From: Candidatus Binatia bacterium
Lineage (GTDB): Bacteria > Desulfobacterota > Binatia > Bin18
Reading direction: 5' to 3'
DNA length: 64,000 nucleotides
Assembly (NCBI GenBank): GCA_963666315.2
Contig: CAXXHG010000003.1
Coordinates: 1-64,000, forward strand
Positions 1 to 9,764 of the stretch are shown piece after piece; the first letter of the stretch is position 1, and the number at the start of each line of letters is the position of its first letter. A model generated the notes under the pieces. It was not told the origin of the DNA. It worked only from the letters and a program-made list of their open reading frames with translations, and searched no databases. The position numbers and the translations under genes were made by a program.

Positions 1-594
1 CATCTGGAGTGAGCAACGTGTCGAGTCGCGGGCCAGCCTGCTAGAGGACTGCTTAAAAAAAATTCATCGGGGCGGCCCGCATACAAGCTGGGCGGAAAGA
101 GAAGACGAGCTTTTGTATCGTAGATGCCCAGAGCGTGAAGAACACGGATACCGCGAAACACAAAGGGTATGACGCGGGCAAGAAAGTGTCGGGGATCAAG
201 CGGCATCTGGCCGTAGATACGCAGGGATTACCGCATGCGCTCCATGTGACGACCGCCAATGTCACGGACCGAGCTGGGGCGTTGGCAGCCTTTGCGCTCC
301 ACGAGTCTGCCCTCTCTCAGGTTGAGACCTTGCTGGTGGATGGGGGCTATAGCGGCGAGCAGTTTGCCCAGGCCGTCCAGACGGCGCTAGGGGCCAGGGT
401 CGAAGTAGCCAAACGGAGCGACTTGCATCGCTTCACGGTTATCCCGAAACGGTGGGTCGTGGAGCGGAGTTTCGCGTGGCTGGAGAAATGCCGGCGCTTG
501 TGGAAGAACTGCGAGAGGCACTTGAACACCAGTCTGCAAATGGTCGTGCTTGCTTTTACCGTCCTCCTGCTCAAAAGATCCTGAACAGGTTCTT
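1..594 (+). mobile_element. IS5-family insertion sequence (right part; left end outside window)
   Basis: DDE transposase ORF. The element ends in ...GATCCTGAACAGGTTCT (594), followed by TAG, the typical IS5-family (C)TAG/TA target context. Confidence 0.88.
2..584 (+). CDS. IS5-family transposase, partial, with frameshift at A8 run (55-62)
   Basis: Motifs IVDAQSVK, GYDAGKKVSGIKRHLAVDTQG, DGGY and PKRWVVERSFAWL. The upstream frame (IWSEQ...LLEDCLKK) joins the main frame only via a shift at TTAAAAAAAA. Confidence 0.88.
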
Positions 595-2289
595 AGGTTT
601 GGCTGTCCCTTTCGTCAGTGCGGACCAGCATAAGAAGGCATACACACCAGTCACAAACGAGCGGCTCTTACATCCTGCGCCAGAGAACTGGCTGATGTAT
701 CGCGGCACCTATAATAGCTGGGGCTATAGTCCGTTGGACAAAATCACGCCGGACAATGTCAGCAAACTCGTTCCGGTCTGGACCTTTTCTACTGGCGTGA
801 CCGAGGGCCATCAGGCTCCGCCGATTGTCAATAACGGCGTAATGTTCGTCACCTCACCGGAAAATCAGGTCTTTGCCTTCAACGCCAAGACCGGCGATCT
901 GTTGTGGCGCTATGAGCGCGAGTTGCCCGAAGATCTTTTCCAGCTCCATCCAACCAATCGCGGCGTTGCCCTATATGGAGACAAAGTCTATTTCGGCACG
1001 GTCGATACGTATGTAGTTGCGTTGGATGCCAAGACAGGCGAAGTCGTGTGGGAAGAAGAAGTTGAAGACTATCTGTCCGGCTATTACATGACTCTCGCAC
1101 CGCTGATCGCCAACGGCAAGGTCATGAGTGGCATGTCAGGCGGCGAGTTTGGTATTCGCGGCTTCATCCAGGCGTTCGACGCTGAGACGGGCAAGTCCGT
1201 TTGGAAGACTCACACCATTCCCGGCCCAGGAGAGCCCGGCCATGACAGTTGGGAGGGCGACACGTGGAAGACGGGGGGAGTGTCTATTTGGGTCACCGGC
1301 AGTTATGACCCTGAACTCAATCTGACCTTCTGGGGAACCGGTAACGCCGGGCCGTACATGGGTGAAGCCCGTCCGGGAAATAATCTGTATTCCACCTCGG
1401 TGATTGCCTTAGACGCAGACACGGGTGCACTCAAAGCGCATCATCAGTATCACTGGAACGGCTCATGGGACTGGGACGAGGTTTCCGCACCGCTTTTGAT
1501 TGACATCAAAAAAGGAGATCGGTCCATCAAAGGCTTGGTGCACCCCGCGCGCAACGGCTATCTCTGGACGCTGGAACGGGGTGCGGACAAGATTAATTTC
1601 GTTGAAGCCCAGCCATTCGTTCGCCAGGAACGTTTTCAAAAGCGTTGATCCAAAAACAGGGCCGGCCAGAATATGAGTCCGACAAAAATCCCTGGGTATA
1701 GAACGACGAGCCGAGTATTGTCCCTCATCTTGGGGTGGCAAAGACTGGCCGCCAGCCGCCTATAACCCCAAGACCGGCCTGCTCTATATCCCAGCGAATG
1801 AGAATCTGTGTGGTGCTCTCACCGGCAGAAAGGCAACCTATCGGCCCGGCCAGCTGTATATAGGTGCTGCCTTTCCCGATGACCTTGAACTGCTGCCACA
1901 TCCGAATGCCAAAGACCACATCGGTGAACTCCAAGCCTGGGACCTGAACGCTGGCAAGAAAGTCTGGACTTCGACGTTTTAAGAGTCACAACTGGGGCCC
2001 CGTCCTCACTACTGGCGGAGGACTCATATTCATGGGTGGCACAAACAGACCGCTATTTCCGTGCGTTTGGATGCAAAGACCGGCAAGGTTTTGTGGCAGC
2101 AGCGCACCAACTCCGGAGTAACCGGTGTACCCACGACATACCAAGTCGATGGTGTCCAATACGTTGCCGTGCTCTCAGGCTGGGGCGTGGACGCGCAGCG
2201 CAAGCAAGAAATGCTGAATAGCTTCTACGGGACAAACACCCATATACCGCAGGGCGGGGTGCTGTGGGTGTTTTGCGGTTCGGGAGTAG
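595..2289 (+). pseudogene. PQQ-dependent dehydrogenase (methanol/ethanol superfamily); 5' end cut by IS, several frameshifts after ~1628
   Basis: Motifs WLMYRGTYNSWGYSPLDKI, NRGVA, GGEFGIRG, WDWDE, CPSSWGGKDWPPAAYNPKTGL and GVQYVAVLSGWG. Fragments lie in different frames (452..1648, ~1630-1990, 2061..). The repaired end reads VLWVFAVRE* with TAG at 2287-2289. Confidence 0.85.
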
Positions 2290-2317
2290 ATGTTGCACGC
2301 TGTCTGCTCTCAACAAT

Positions 2318-2715
2318 TCACCACACGGTCTTCACGTGACGGTAGCGTTTGATTTTCTCGTCCTTCGTTACGATGGGTGCTCCCAAAGTAAGCGCCGCAG
2401 CAATAATAATACGGTCAGCCGGGTCGCTGTGGAGCGTTCCAGGAAGAGTGGTAGATCGGACAGCAATCACGGTTATCAACGGGAATGAAATTGAGGAAAG
2501 GCAAAGCTTCGGACCGGGCCATCCAGTCCTCAACATCCATTGTTAATTGGAGCCGACCTTTTGCTACAAGTAAAGCTACTTCCCAAGCACTAATAGATGA
2601 TACGTAGATCGCGCTTTCTCTCTCTTGCTGTATCGATCGCTCTATTGGCGACTGGCGAGAGTTCTTGTGGGTCATTAACCCACCACACCCAGGCATGGGT
2701 ATCCAGCACAATCAC
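2318..2715 (-). CDS. vapC: PIN-domain (VapC-like) toxin, frameshifted in this sequence
   Basis: VIVLDTHAWVWW at the start, SSISAWEVALLVAKGRL, HSDPADRIIIAAA, IVTKD. Split across three frames; start overlaps the antitoxin stop. Confidence 0.85.
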
Positions 2716-2945
2716 GAGAGCGTTTCCCAATCTTCCAACCCGACAGGTTCGGTTGGATCTTGATATTTCACGACCGATCCACGAAGTTCTTTTAAGGCTT
2801 CGTTAGGATCTTCTATATATGGAACAAGTTTGAGAACGGGACGGCCCCGGTCCGTAATAACCAGAGGTTTTCTAGTTTTTTCTACTTGCCGAAAATATTC
2901 GAGTGCGTGGGGCTTGAATTGAGATTTCGATACCATTTGTTTCAT
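2712..2945 (-). CDS. Phd/YefM-family antitoxin
   Basis: MKQMVSKSQFKPHALEYFRQVEKTRKPLVITDRGRPVLKLVP. AAGGAG RBS upstream; directly precedes the PIN toxin. Confidence 0.88.
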   Translation of the reverse strand: MKQMVSKSQFKPHALEYFRQVEKTRKPLVITDRGRPVLKLVPYIEDPNEALKELRGSVVKYQDPTEPVGLEDWETLS

Positions 2946-2967
2946 GACTCTCTCCTTCTCACCATAC

Positions 2968-2996
2968 GACCTGGTCATAATGTCCTGGTCATAATG
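2968..2996. promoter_or_regulatory. putative antitoxin operator (tandem CCTGGTCATAATG x2)
   Basis: 13-bp direct repeat at 2970-2982 and 2984-2996; the first overlaps the palindrome GACC-T-GGTC. Lies just upstream of the phd start. Confidence 0.6.
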
Positions 2997-3057
2997 AATA
3001 GTACAATAAACCAACGGAGGAGTCATACCCTCGTCTCTGATTTTTTTGTGATTCGTC

Positions 3058-3912
3058 TTAGCAACGGCTCGTATCAAAAAGCCTCTCACCGCTGCGCCAA
3101 CGGAGTGTGGCATCTGGAAATTCGAGAGCACGCAGTAATGCGGAGTTGAGTTCATATGCCCCACCGTCAAGCTCAGCTTGACGAGTACTGTCACTGAGAC
3201 CATTCAGCACGGCATTCCCCATTACAAAAGCGAAGGTATCAACGGGAACTTTAGGAACTTGCGTTGTGGTCTGGCTATGCCCATAGGCCTGTTCGCAGGC
3301 TTCAAGACGAACTGAGTTCCAGCCACGGCATTTAAACGGGCGCGCTTCATACACCATGCATGTATTGTCCTGTAGCAATGCACACGGGAGCGGTTTCTGG
3401 GATTGCGAGGCGGACGCATGTTGTTGACACCGGGCTTCAAGCCTGTGGCGTACATCCTCTAGCTCCTGGGACGAACAATGCGCCCGGAGCCAGTCGGCTA
3501 AATAGACCACCTCAGCAGCACTAGCCAGTACAACTGGGAGATAGCAGCAAAAGGCGCAACCTGCCCGGCAGGCGCGTCGATTGCGTTCAGGCGACTGCTC
3601 AATTCTGGAATCTGCCCACGTATGCGCCGTGTTGACCAAGAGTTCGACACATTCAGCCTCTTTGTCCTTGCTCAGAATAGCCACGGCCTCGTGATACTGC
3701 GCCGCATAGGCCATCAGTTCCTCTCCTGCAGCCGGCGGCAGCCCGTGTTCAATCAGAGCATTGACGATCTGTTTCACCTGCTCTGGAGAGGTCGCCTGCT
3801 GAAGTCGAGCTTTGATCTGGGCAACGTCAAGCCGTGGAGCAGACGCGTTCTGATCTGAGCCAGACGGCTTCCGTGCGGCTTTCGCTTGGCGTCTTCGCTC
3901 AGCGCGATCCAT
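3058..3912 (-). CDS. YkgJ/FliB-like cysteine-cluster (CxxxCxxCC) protein
   Basis: ACRAGCAFCCY, CALL, CMVYEARPFKCR motifs. Confidence 0.85.
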   Translation of the reverse strand: MDRAERRRQAKAARKPSGSDQNASAPRLDVAQIKARLQQATSPEQVKQIVNALIEHGLPPAAGEELMAYAAQYHEAVAILSKDKEAECVELLVNTAHTWADSRIEQSPERNRRACRAGCAFCCYLPVVLASAAEVVYLADWLRAHCSSQELEDVRHRLEARCQQHASASQSQKPLPCALLQDNTCMVYEARPFKCRGWNSVRLEACEQAYGHSQTTTQVPKVPVDTFAFVMGNAVLNGLSDSTRQAELDGGAYELNSALLRALEFPDATLRWRSGERLFDTSRC

Positions 3913-4038
3913 ACAGGTTCAGATAGGGTCAGTTGTACGCCACGTCAACCGCCTGTAAACCCTACTCAGAGGGCGAGTACGGTATGGCCTTTTCTTTTCT
4001 TCTTCGTATGGATATTCCAGCACCAGGAAGAATTATTT

Positions 4039-5040
4039 ATGACTCTGCCCGTTGAAATCCTCCTCCCCCTGCTACCCAAGACCAGTGCCCGAGATTTTGT
4101 TGAACTCGGAAAGCGATCCGAGGAGTTGGGCTACTCCGGTGTATGGGCGCCGGAAACGACCGGGCCGGATGGCATTTCCATTCTGGCGGCACTCGCCGCG
4201 CAAACACAGCAGATTCGTCTCGGCAGTGGCATCCTGCCCATTTTTATGCGCTCACCTGTGGCCATGGCCCAGACCGTGGCTGCGCTCGACAGTCTCTCTG
4301 GCGGTCGCTTCATCCTGGGTCTAGGAACGAGTAGTCGGGCAGTGGTCGAAAGCTGGCACGGCATGCCGTTTGGTGCGCAGCTCACGGCAATGCGGGAATA
4401 CTGCACGATTGTCCGTCAGACGCTGAGTGGCGAGCGGACGAATTTCCAAGGCAAAGTCTTTTCTTCACGCGGCTTTCGGCTGAGCTGTCTTCCGCCCGAC
4501 CCATGTCCGCCAATTTTTGTAGCAGCCCTCAACCCGCCCATGGCACGTCTGGCTGGAGAAATTGCAGATGGCGTTATCCTTAACTGGGTTGTGCCCGAGC
4601 GGGTGAAGATGCTGCTCGCGCAGATGGATGAAGGAGGCAGCAAAGCAGACCGTTCCACCTGGCCCATCTTTGCAAGTGTGGTCTGGGCTGCTGTGGATGA
4701 AGATACCCCAGAGCTGCGCCGTTGGCTCAAAAGTAATATTTTCGGCTATATGCTCGTGGTGGAACCATACCGGCGAGCGATTCGTGATAATGGCTTTGCC
4801 ACTGCTGTTCAGCAGCTCGAAGAAGCCGGCGTACGCGGAGAGCGTGATGGCGTCCGAAACGCACTCCCGGATGAGCTGCTGGAACAAATGGTTATGTTTG
4901 GCCCTTTGGACCGAGTCCAGTCCGGATTAGCCCGTCTCGTGAATGCAGGCGTTGATCGGCTCCTTATTATGCCCGTAACGGCTCAGAAAGACAGCCTCGC
5001 CGCCTGCCGACACACGATCATGACATTAGCCCCATTCTAA
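4039..5040 (+). CDS. LLM-class (luciferase-like) flavin/F420-dependent oxidoreductase
   Basis: GYSGVWAPE, IRLGSGILPI, SGGRFILGLGTS, AGEIADGVILN. Start placed at ATG 4039. Confidence 0.88.
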   Translation: MTLPVEILLPLLPKTSARDFVELGKRSEELGYSGVWAPETTGPDGISILAALAAQTQQIRLGSGILPIFMRSPVAMAQTVAALDSLSGGRFILGLGTSSRAVVESWHGMPFGAQLTAMREYCTIVRQTLSGERTNFQGKVFSSRGFRLSCLPPDPCPPIFVAALNPPMARLAGEIADGVILNWVVPERVKMLLAQMDEGGSKADRSTWPIFASVVWAAVDEDTPELRRWLKSNIFGYMLVVEPYRRAIRDNGFATAVQQLEEAGVRGERDGVRNALPDELLEQMVMFGPLDRVQSGLARLVNAGVDRLLIMPVTAQKDSLAACRHTIMTLAPF

Positions 5041-5216
5041 GAAACTGCAAGGTATGTCCCACGCGCCAGCCTCGGATAAGCGTCTTTAACAAAATACTCC
5101 TGAATAAGTTCTGATATTTTTTAATTGTACCTATACTCCGAATAGGCTACTCTGCAACCTCAGCGTAACGAGATAGCCCAGAATCGGTAGGATAGGGGTG
5201 TTCTAGGAGAGTCAGC

Positions 5217-5444
5217 ATGTCGTCGATTGCATTTGACACCTTGGCGTATGCGAAGAAACTCAAAGCGGCAGGTTTCAATGAGCAACAAGCTGAGGCACTT
5301 GCAGAAGCGCAGGCAGAGCTTGTCGATGAGCGTTTAGCGACAAAGCAGGACTTACGAGAGCTCGAGTATCGGCTAACTATCCGTCTGGGTGCTATGCTCG
5401 TTGTTGCAGTCAGCATTGTCGCGACTTTAGTTAAAATTCTCTAG
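5217..5444 (+). CDS. DUF1640/CCDC90-like small coiled-coil membrane-anchored protein
   Basis: FDTLAYAKKLKAAGFNEQQAEA...LATKQDL plus a C-terminal TM helix; AGGAG RBS. Confidence 0.85.
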   Translation: MSSIAFDTLAYAKKLKAAGFNEQQAEALAEAQAELVDERLATKQDLRELEYRLTIRLGAMLVVAVSIVATLVKIL

Positions 5445-5741
5445 TTCGTGAGCTTGGTCGCTATTCTAGGTGCGAGCATCTCAGGTGAACGGCTACTGGC
5501 CATGTTATGCCAAGCGGGATTGTCATAACGCGGGAATTAGCAAATCGTTAGATTTTCCCCTAATATCCTTACCTGATCTTTGGAAAGCTGGTGAATTTAT
5601 CTCCGGGATGAATCATACGACCTCTTGGGACTCTCCCGAAGTTACAATCGTGGTGAAGACAGTCACCAAGGAGGATCCACGCTGGAACAACGAAGTGGTC
5701 AGTTACCAAGCGAAGTAAAGACTTCTTGCACAGGATGAAAT

Positions 5742-6761
5742 GTGAAATACCGCGTAAACGTCGACCTGGCGAACCAAACAAAAGCGGAGTTCTCTGAGAT
5801 TATCGATGGGAAAGATGCGCGTCTGCTCAACAGAGTCGGCGCTTTTTCCTCTTTGTTTTTACTGGACTTGAGCAAATACACCAACCCGGTATTGGCTCTG
5901 AAAACAGAAGAACCCGGTAGCAAGCAAATCCTGGCCTTTGCCCACGACCGTGTAGAATCGGTCTGCCACGACATGATCAACCATCTCATTAATGACTGCA
6001 TAGTCATGGGCGCGGAGCCGTTGGCTGTTCAAGACCTGATCGTGTGTGGCCAGCTCAACGGGGAGACAGTCAAACGCATTGTCTCGGCTTGTGCCGCTGC
6101 CTGCTCGGCTCAGGGCTGTATTCTCACGGGAGGAGAGACATCGGAGCAGCCGGGCATACTGGACGCGGACACGTATATTCTCGGCTCCAGCATTGTCGGC
6201 GTGGTCGAGCGCGATCAGATTATTGACGGCTCGCGCATGACGGTTGGCGACGTGGTCATTGCTATCCAGTCGTCCGGGCCACATACCAACGGCTACACGC
6301 TGATCCGAGACTTGATTGCCAAAAATCCGGATCTTCCTGTACACCAGGTCGGCGACAGATCGTTTCTTGATTTAGTCCTGGAGCCGCATCGCTGTTACTA
6401 TCAATCCCTCAAAGACCTCTTTGGCTCCGGCCTCATAACCGGCTTGGCCCATATCACTGGGGGTGGCATCAAGGAAAATCTCAACCGCATTCTTCCATCC
6501 AACGTTGATGCAGCGATCGATCTTGGCGCCTATCGGGTCAATCCGGTATTTGGCATTATTCAACAGCAAGGCGCAGTCTCTGATGAACACATGCTGCGAA
6601 CGTTTAACCTGGGCGTTGGGCTCGCAGCAGTCTGTCGAAAATCCCACGTTGCCGAGGTCGTGTCGCACCTCCAAACCTGTTCTGAGACTGTCTATCCCAT
6701 TGGGGAGATTGTCCCTGGTCAGGCTGAGGTCGTGTGTAAGGGGAGAGTTCGGTACACCTGA
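5742..6761 (+). CDS. purM: phosphoribosylformylglycinamidine cyclo-ligase (AIR synthetase)
   Basis: NDCIVMGAEPL, LTGGETSEQPG, SSGPHTNGYTLIR, AHITGGGIKENLNRILP, RTFNLGVG. Confidence 0.9.
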   Translation: MKYRVNVDLANQTKAEFSEIIDGKDARLLNRVGAFSSLFLLDLSKYTNPVLALKTEEPGSKQILAFAHDRVESVCHDMINHLINDCIVMGAEPLAVQDLIVCGQLNGETVKRIVSACAAACSAQGCILTGGETSEQPGILDADTYILGSSIVGVVERDQIIDGSRMTVGDVVIAIQSSGPHTNGYTLIRDLIAKNPDLPVHQVGDRSFLDLVLEPHRCYYQSLKDLFGSGLITGLAHITGGGIKENLNRILPSNVDAAIDLGAYRVNPVFGIIQQQGAVSDEHMLRTFNLGVGLAAVCRKSHVAEVVSHLQTCSETVYPIGEIVPGQAEVVCKGRVRYT

Positions 6762-6781
6762 GCATACGTAGGAGAGACGCT

Positions 6782-7228
6782 ATGGACGATACATTTCAAG
6801 GTGGCTGCCACTGTTGCGATGTTCGGTTTGAAGTCTCCGATATTTTTGATGCGGGTTATTGCCATTGCTCCATCTGTCGCCGGCTCAGCGGAGCGCCGGC
6901 AATCGTTTGGGCGAGTGCTCCTACCGGCTCCTTTCGCATTATTCAGGGCTCAGTATCGATGTTCCGTTCGTCTGAGAACTGGGAGCGCTATTTCTGTTCA
7001 ACCTGTGGCTGTGGCCGGTTCGGTCGTTATAGGGTTGCTCCAACGAACCAGCAGAACTTCGTCTCCTTTAACCCCTTTACCCTCGACAATCCTGAGGCCG
7101 TCCGGCCGACGGTCCACATCTGGTGTGCCTCCAAGGCTTCGTATTTTGACACAACGGATAAGCCGCCGCGCTTTCCCGAAGGAACGATCAGCCATCCCAG
7201 TAAACGTCCGTCGTGGCGTGCCGGTTGA
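6782..7228 (+). CDS. GFA/CENP-V family protein
   Basis: GGCHCCDVRF, CHCSICRR, RYFCSTCG, PTVHIW. Confidence 0.9.
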   Translation: MDDTFQGGCHCCDVRFEVSDIFDAGYCHCSICRRLSGAPAIVWASAPTGSFRIIQGSVSMFRSSENWERYFCSTCGCGRFGRYRVAPTNQQNFVSFNPFTLDNPEAVRPTVHIWCASKASYFDTTDKPPRFPEGTISHPSKRPSWRAG

Positions 7229-7496
7229 TACGGAGACTATGCGAAATAGCAACCTTGCCAAGCGAAACAGCAGCCCGGCCAAGCCTATGCTATTCGCCTT
7301 GCTACGGATCGTGATTTGCCCTTCTTCATGGACCATGCTCGTTGAGATCAATCAATGAGCACCCTATGCCATTCAGCGAAAGGTAGCCCACGCCTATGCC
7401 TGACCCGTCTGTTGTGCCCACAAGTCATGGACCTGCTCCCAGCCCACCAGGGCGACGATGTTGTCCTCTTTGTCAATAAACTGGAGGGGGCTAGGG

Positions 7497-7555
7497 ACTG
7501 AGAGAAAACGTTGGGCCTGCCGGGGAGATTGAAACCACCGCAGCTGGCGTTGACA
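7497..7555 (-). mobile_element. short remnant of an IS6-family transposase
   Basis: Translates to CQRQLRWFQSPRQAQRFLSV, resembling the IS6 C-terminal (R/Q)FKSPxQAQRFLS motif. Confidence 0.5.
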
Positions 7556-7628
7556 CGGTAGATATAATAGGAAAGGGGTAGAGGAAAAGAGGGCAAAAAA
7601 GACAACCGCAGCTAACCGGAGGGGAACT

Positions 7629-8671
7629 ATGGCCAAAAAGAAAGATAAAGTCAACTGGGAATATATTGAGGAGTGGAAAAAGAAGGGAGAATTTAAAGCC
7701 ATCTGGAACCCCTACGGGCTCCCAGAAGTCGTTGATCCCTTTACCTCTAAGTACGGGGATATTGAGGTTCAGCCCAAGTGGAAAATTCCGGAGAAAGTCG
7801 TCATCTCACAGACTGTTAACGGCGCCTTTTATAGCAAGCGGGCCAACCCCAACTTGCCCGTCTCTCCGGATGAGATCCTTACTTCGGCCCGTGAGTGCGC
7901 TGAGGCCGGGGCAACCACCGTCCATGTGCATGTGCGGGATAAGGAAGGCTATAACGTCCTCGACTCAGAACTCTTCCATCGGGTGATTGACCCCGTTCGC
8001 AAAGAGTTTCCAGACCCGGTGTATGACGGCTGTATGGTGCCGTTCCTGGACGGAGAGTGGGATAACATGGTCTCGGTGCTGAGCGACCGCTTGCTTGAGG
8101 TCACACCCATTAACACAACCGCTTCCTTCTGTGGAGACACCCTCTTTGCTAAACCTCCACATGTCGTCATAGAAAAAACTCGGCTATGTCAGGAGCTCGG
8201 CGTCAAGCCGCAGATAGCAGTATATTCTGATGGCGATGTGGACAATGCGGACCGCTATTTGATTAAAACCGGCTTACTGGAGAAACCTTACTTCTGGATT
8301 ATTCTCCCAACGCTGCCCGGGGGCAGCGTTGGGAGAATAATCCCAGACAGATGGTCAGGGGTATCATGCACCTGACTGACCTGATCTATGACATTGACCG
8401 CGACTCGGAAATTGTTGTCTGTGCTGCTGGCCGGGCGTCGAGCTATCTGGCTATCCAAGCCATGATCTTAGGCCTGCACGTCCGTGTTGGCATGGAAGAC
8501 ACCGTCTGGCGACACCCTCACCAGGACGCCCTCATCCAATCAAATGCCGACCATTTTCGTATGTTCAAGTCGATTGCCGAGCTCATGGGGCGTGAGGTCG
8601 CGACCGGAGATGAGTACAGGCGCTTAGTCGGCGTGCCCACGCGCGGTGATAGTGCTCCGGCGACTGCATAA
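7629..8671 (+). CDS. beta-keto acid cleavage enzyme (BKACE/Kce, DUF849), frameshift near 8330
   Basis: NPNLPVSPDEI, EAGATTVHVHVRD (HxH) and HVRVGMED in the second fragment (8351..8671). Confidence 0.85.
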
Positions 8672-8788
8672 GACAGACGATCAGTAGTTGGGGGCTCGCT
8701 TCAGACTCGTGTAACAATGAGTGATGAAGAAGACTCCAGCAACTGACCGCCAGTGGACGAACGCGTGTCGTAGTGATTTGGACTGATT

Positions 8789-9751
8789 ATGCAAGAACTT
8801 TACTCTCGTGTGGTAGATCACTTCGTTGGCCGGCGTCACGAAACGCGGATGATTGTGGCAGCTTTGTTGGGCGGGCGGCATGTGATGCTTGAGGGCCCCC
8901 CGGGTACCTCAAAATCGACAATCCTCAAAAGCGTCGTGCAGGAAATGGGTATCCCTTTTATCCAGGTGACGGGCAATAGCGATTTGACCTCGACAAAACT
9001 TCTGGGTCACTTCGACCCTGCCCAAGTGCTGTCAAAAGGATACAAGCCGGAACATTTCGAGTACGGTCCTCTGACGCAGGCCATGAAAGAAGGGGCGATT
9101 CTGTATGTGGAGGAATTTAACCGGCTGCCGGACGATACCACCAATGTCTTTATTACTGCCACCTCAGAGCGTGAGCTGACCCTCCCGTATCTTGGCTGTG
9201 TGGTGGCGAAACCCGAGTTCCGTGTGGTTGCTGCGTTAAACCCCTATGACGATGCAGGTACAGCGAGGGTAAGCCGGGCGCTCAGAGATCGTTTCTGCTC
9301 GATCCGAATGGACTATCAGAACCGAGATGAAGAGGTCGATATTGTCAAACGGCACACAGACCAGGGTAACCTGGGCCTGGTAGCTACGGCAATGGAAATG
9401 ACCCGACGCACAAGAACCCACAAGGATATTCGGCTGGGTGCTTCGGTTCGAGGAGCTATTGATCTGGTTCTTATTGCCTGCCAGCTGCTCGGCTCTCCGG
9501 ACGGAGCAGGGACGGAACGTACCCACCTGGTTTTCTCTTCTGCGTTAATGGCGCTCCGGGACAAAATTTGGCTGAATGAAACCACGAGCCGGACGCAAGA
9601 GGAAATTATTCAGGAGATCTGGCAGAGTCTGGCCGAAGAATGGCACACTCCGGATGGTGAGTTTTGGGAATTAGGTGACCCCGACGAGTTAAAAAAAAGC
9701 CCACGGCTCAATCGGCCTCATAGCTCCGGGACCGTTACATCTGGAAGATGA
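8789..9751 (+). CDS. MoxR-family AAA+ ATPase
   Basis: Walker A EGPPGTSKS, Walker B LYVEEFNR, AALNP, ALRDRF, GASVRG. Confidence 0.92.
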   Translation: MQELYSRVVDHFVGRRHETRMIVAALLGGRHVMLEGPPGTSKSTILKSVVQEMGIPFIQVTGNSDLTSTKLLGHFDPAQVLSKGYKPEHFEYGPLTQAMKEGAILYVEEFNRLPDDTTNVFITATSERELTLPYLGCVVAKPEFRVVAALNPYDDAGTARVSRALRDRFCSIRMDYQNRDEEVDIVKRHTDQGNLGLVATAMEMTRRTRTHKDIRLGASVRGAIDLVLIACQLLGSPDGAGTERTHLVFSSALMALRDKIWLNETTSRTQEEIIQEIWQSLAEEWHTPDGEFWELGDPDELKKSPRLNRPHSSGTVTSGR

Positions 9752-9764
9752 AGCCGAAGAGGGG

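Noticed and set aside
452-594. N-terminal part of the 398-aa ORF as a real protein extension
   Set aside because: It is an alternative frame of the IS5 transposase end that happens to run into the PQQ gene.
6757-6772. CCTGAGCATACGTAGG between purM and the GFA gene as an attC right end
   Set aside because: It lacks the GTT core and has no matching left half.
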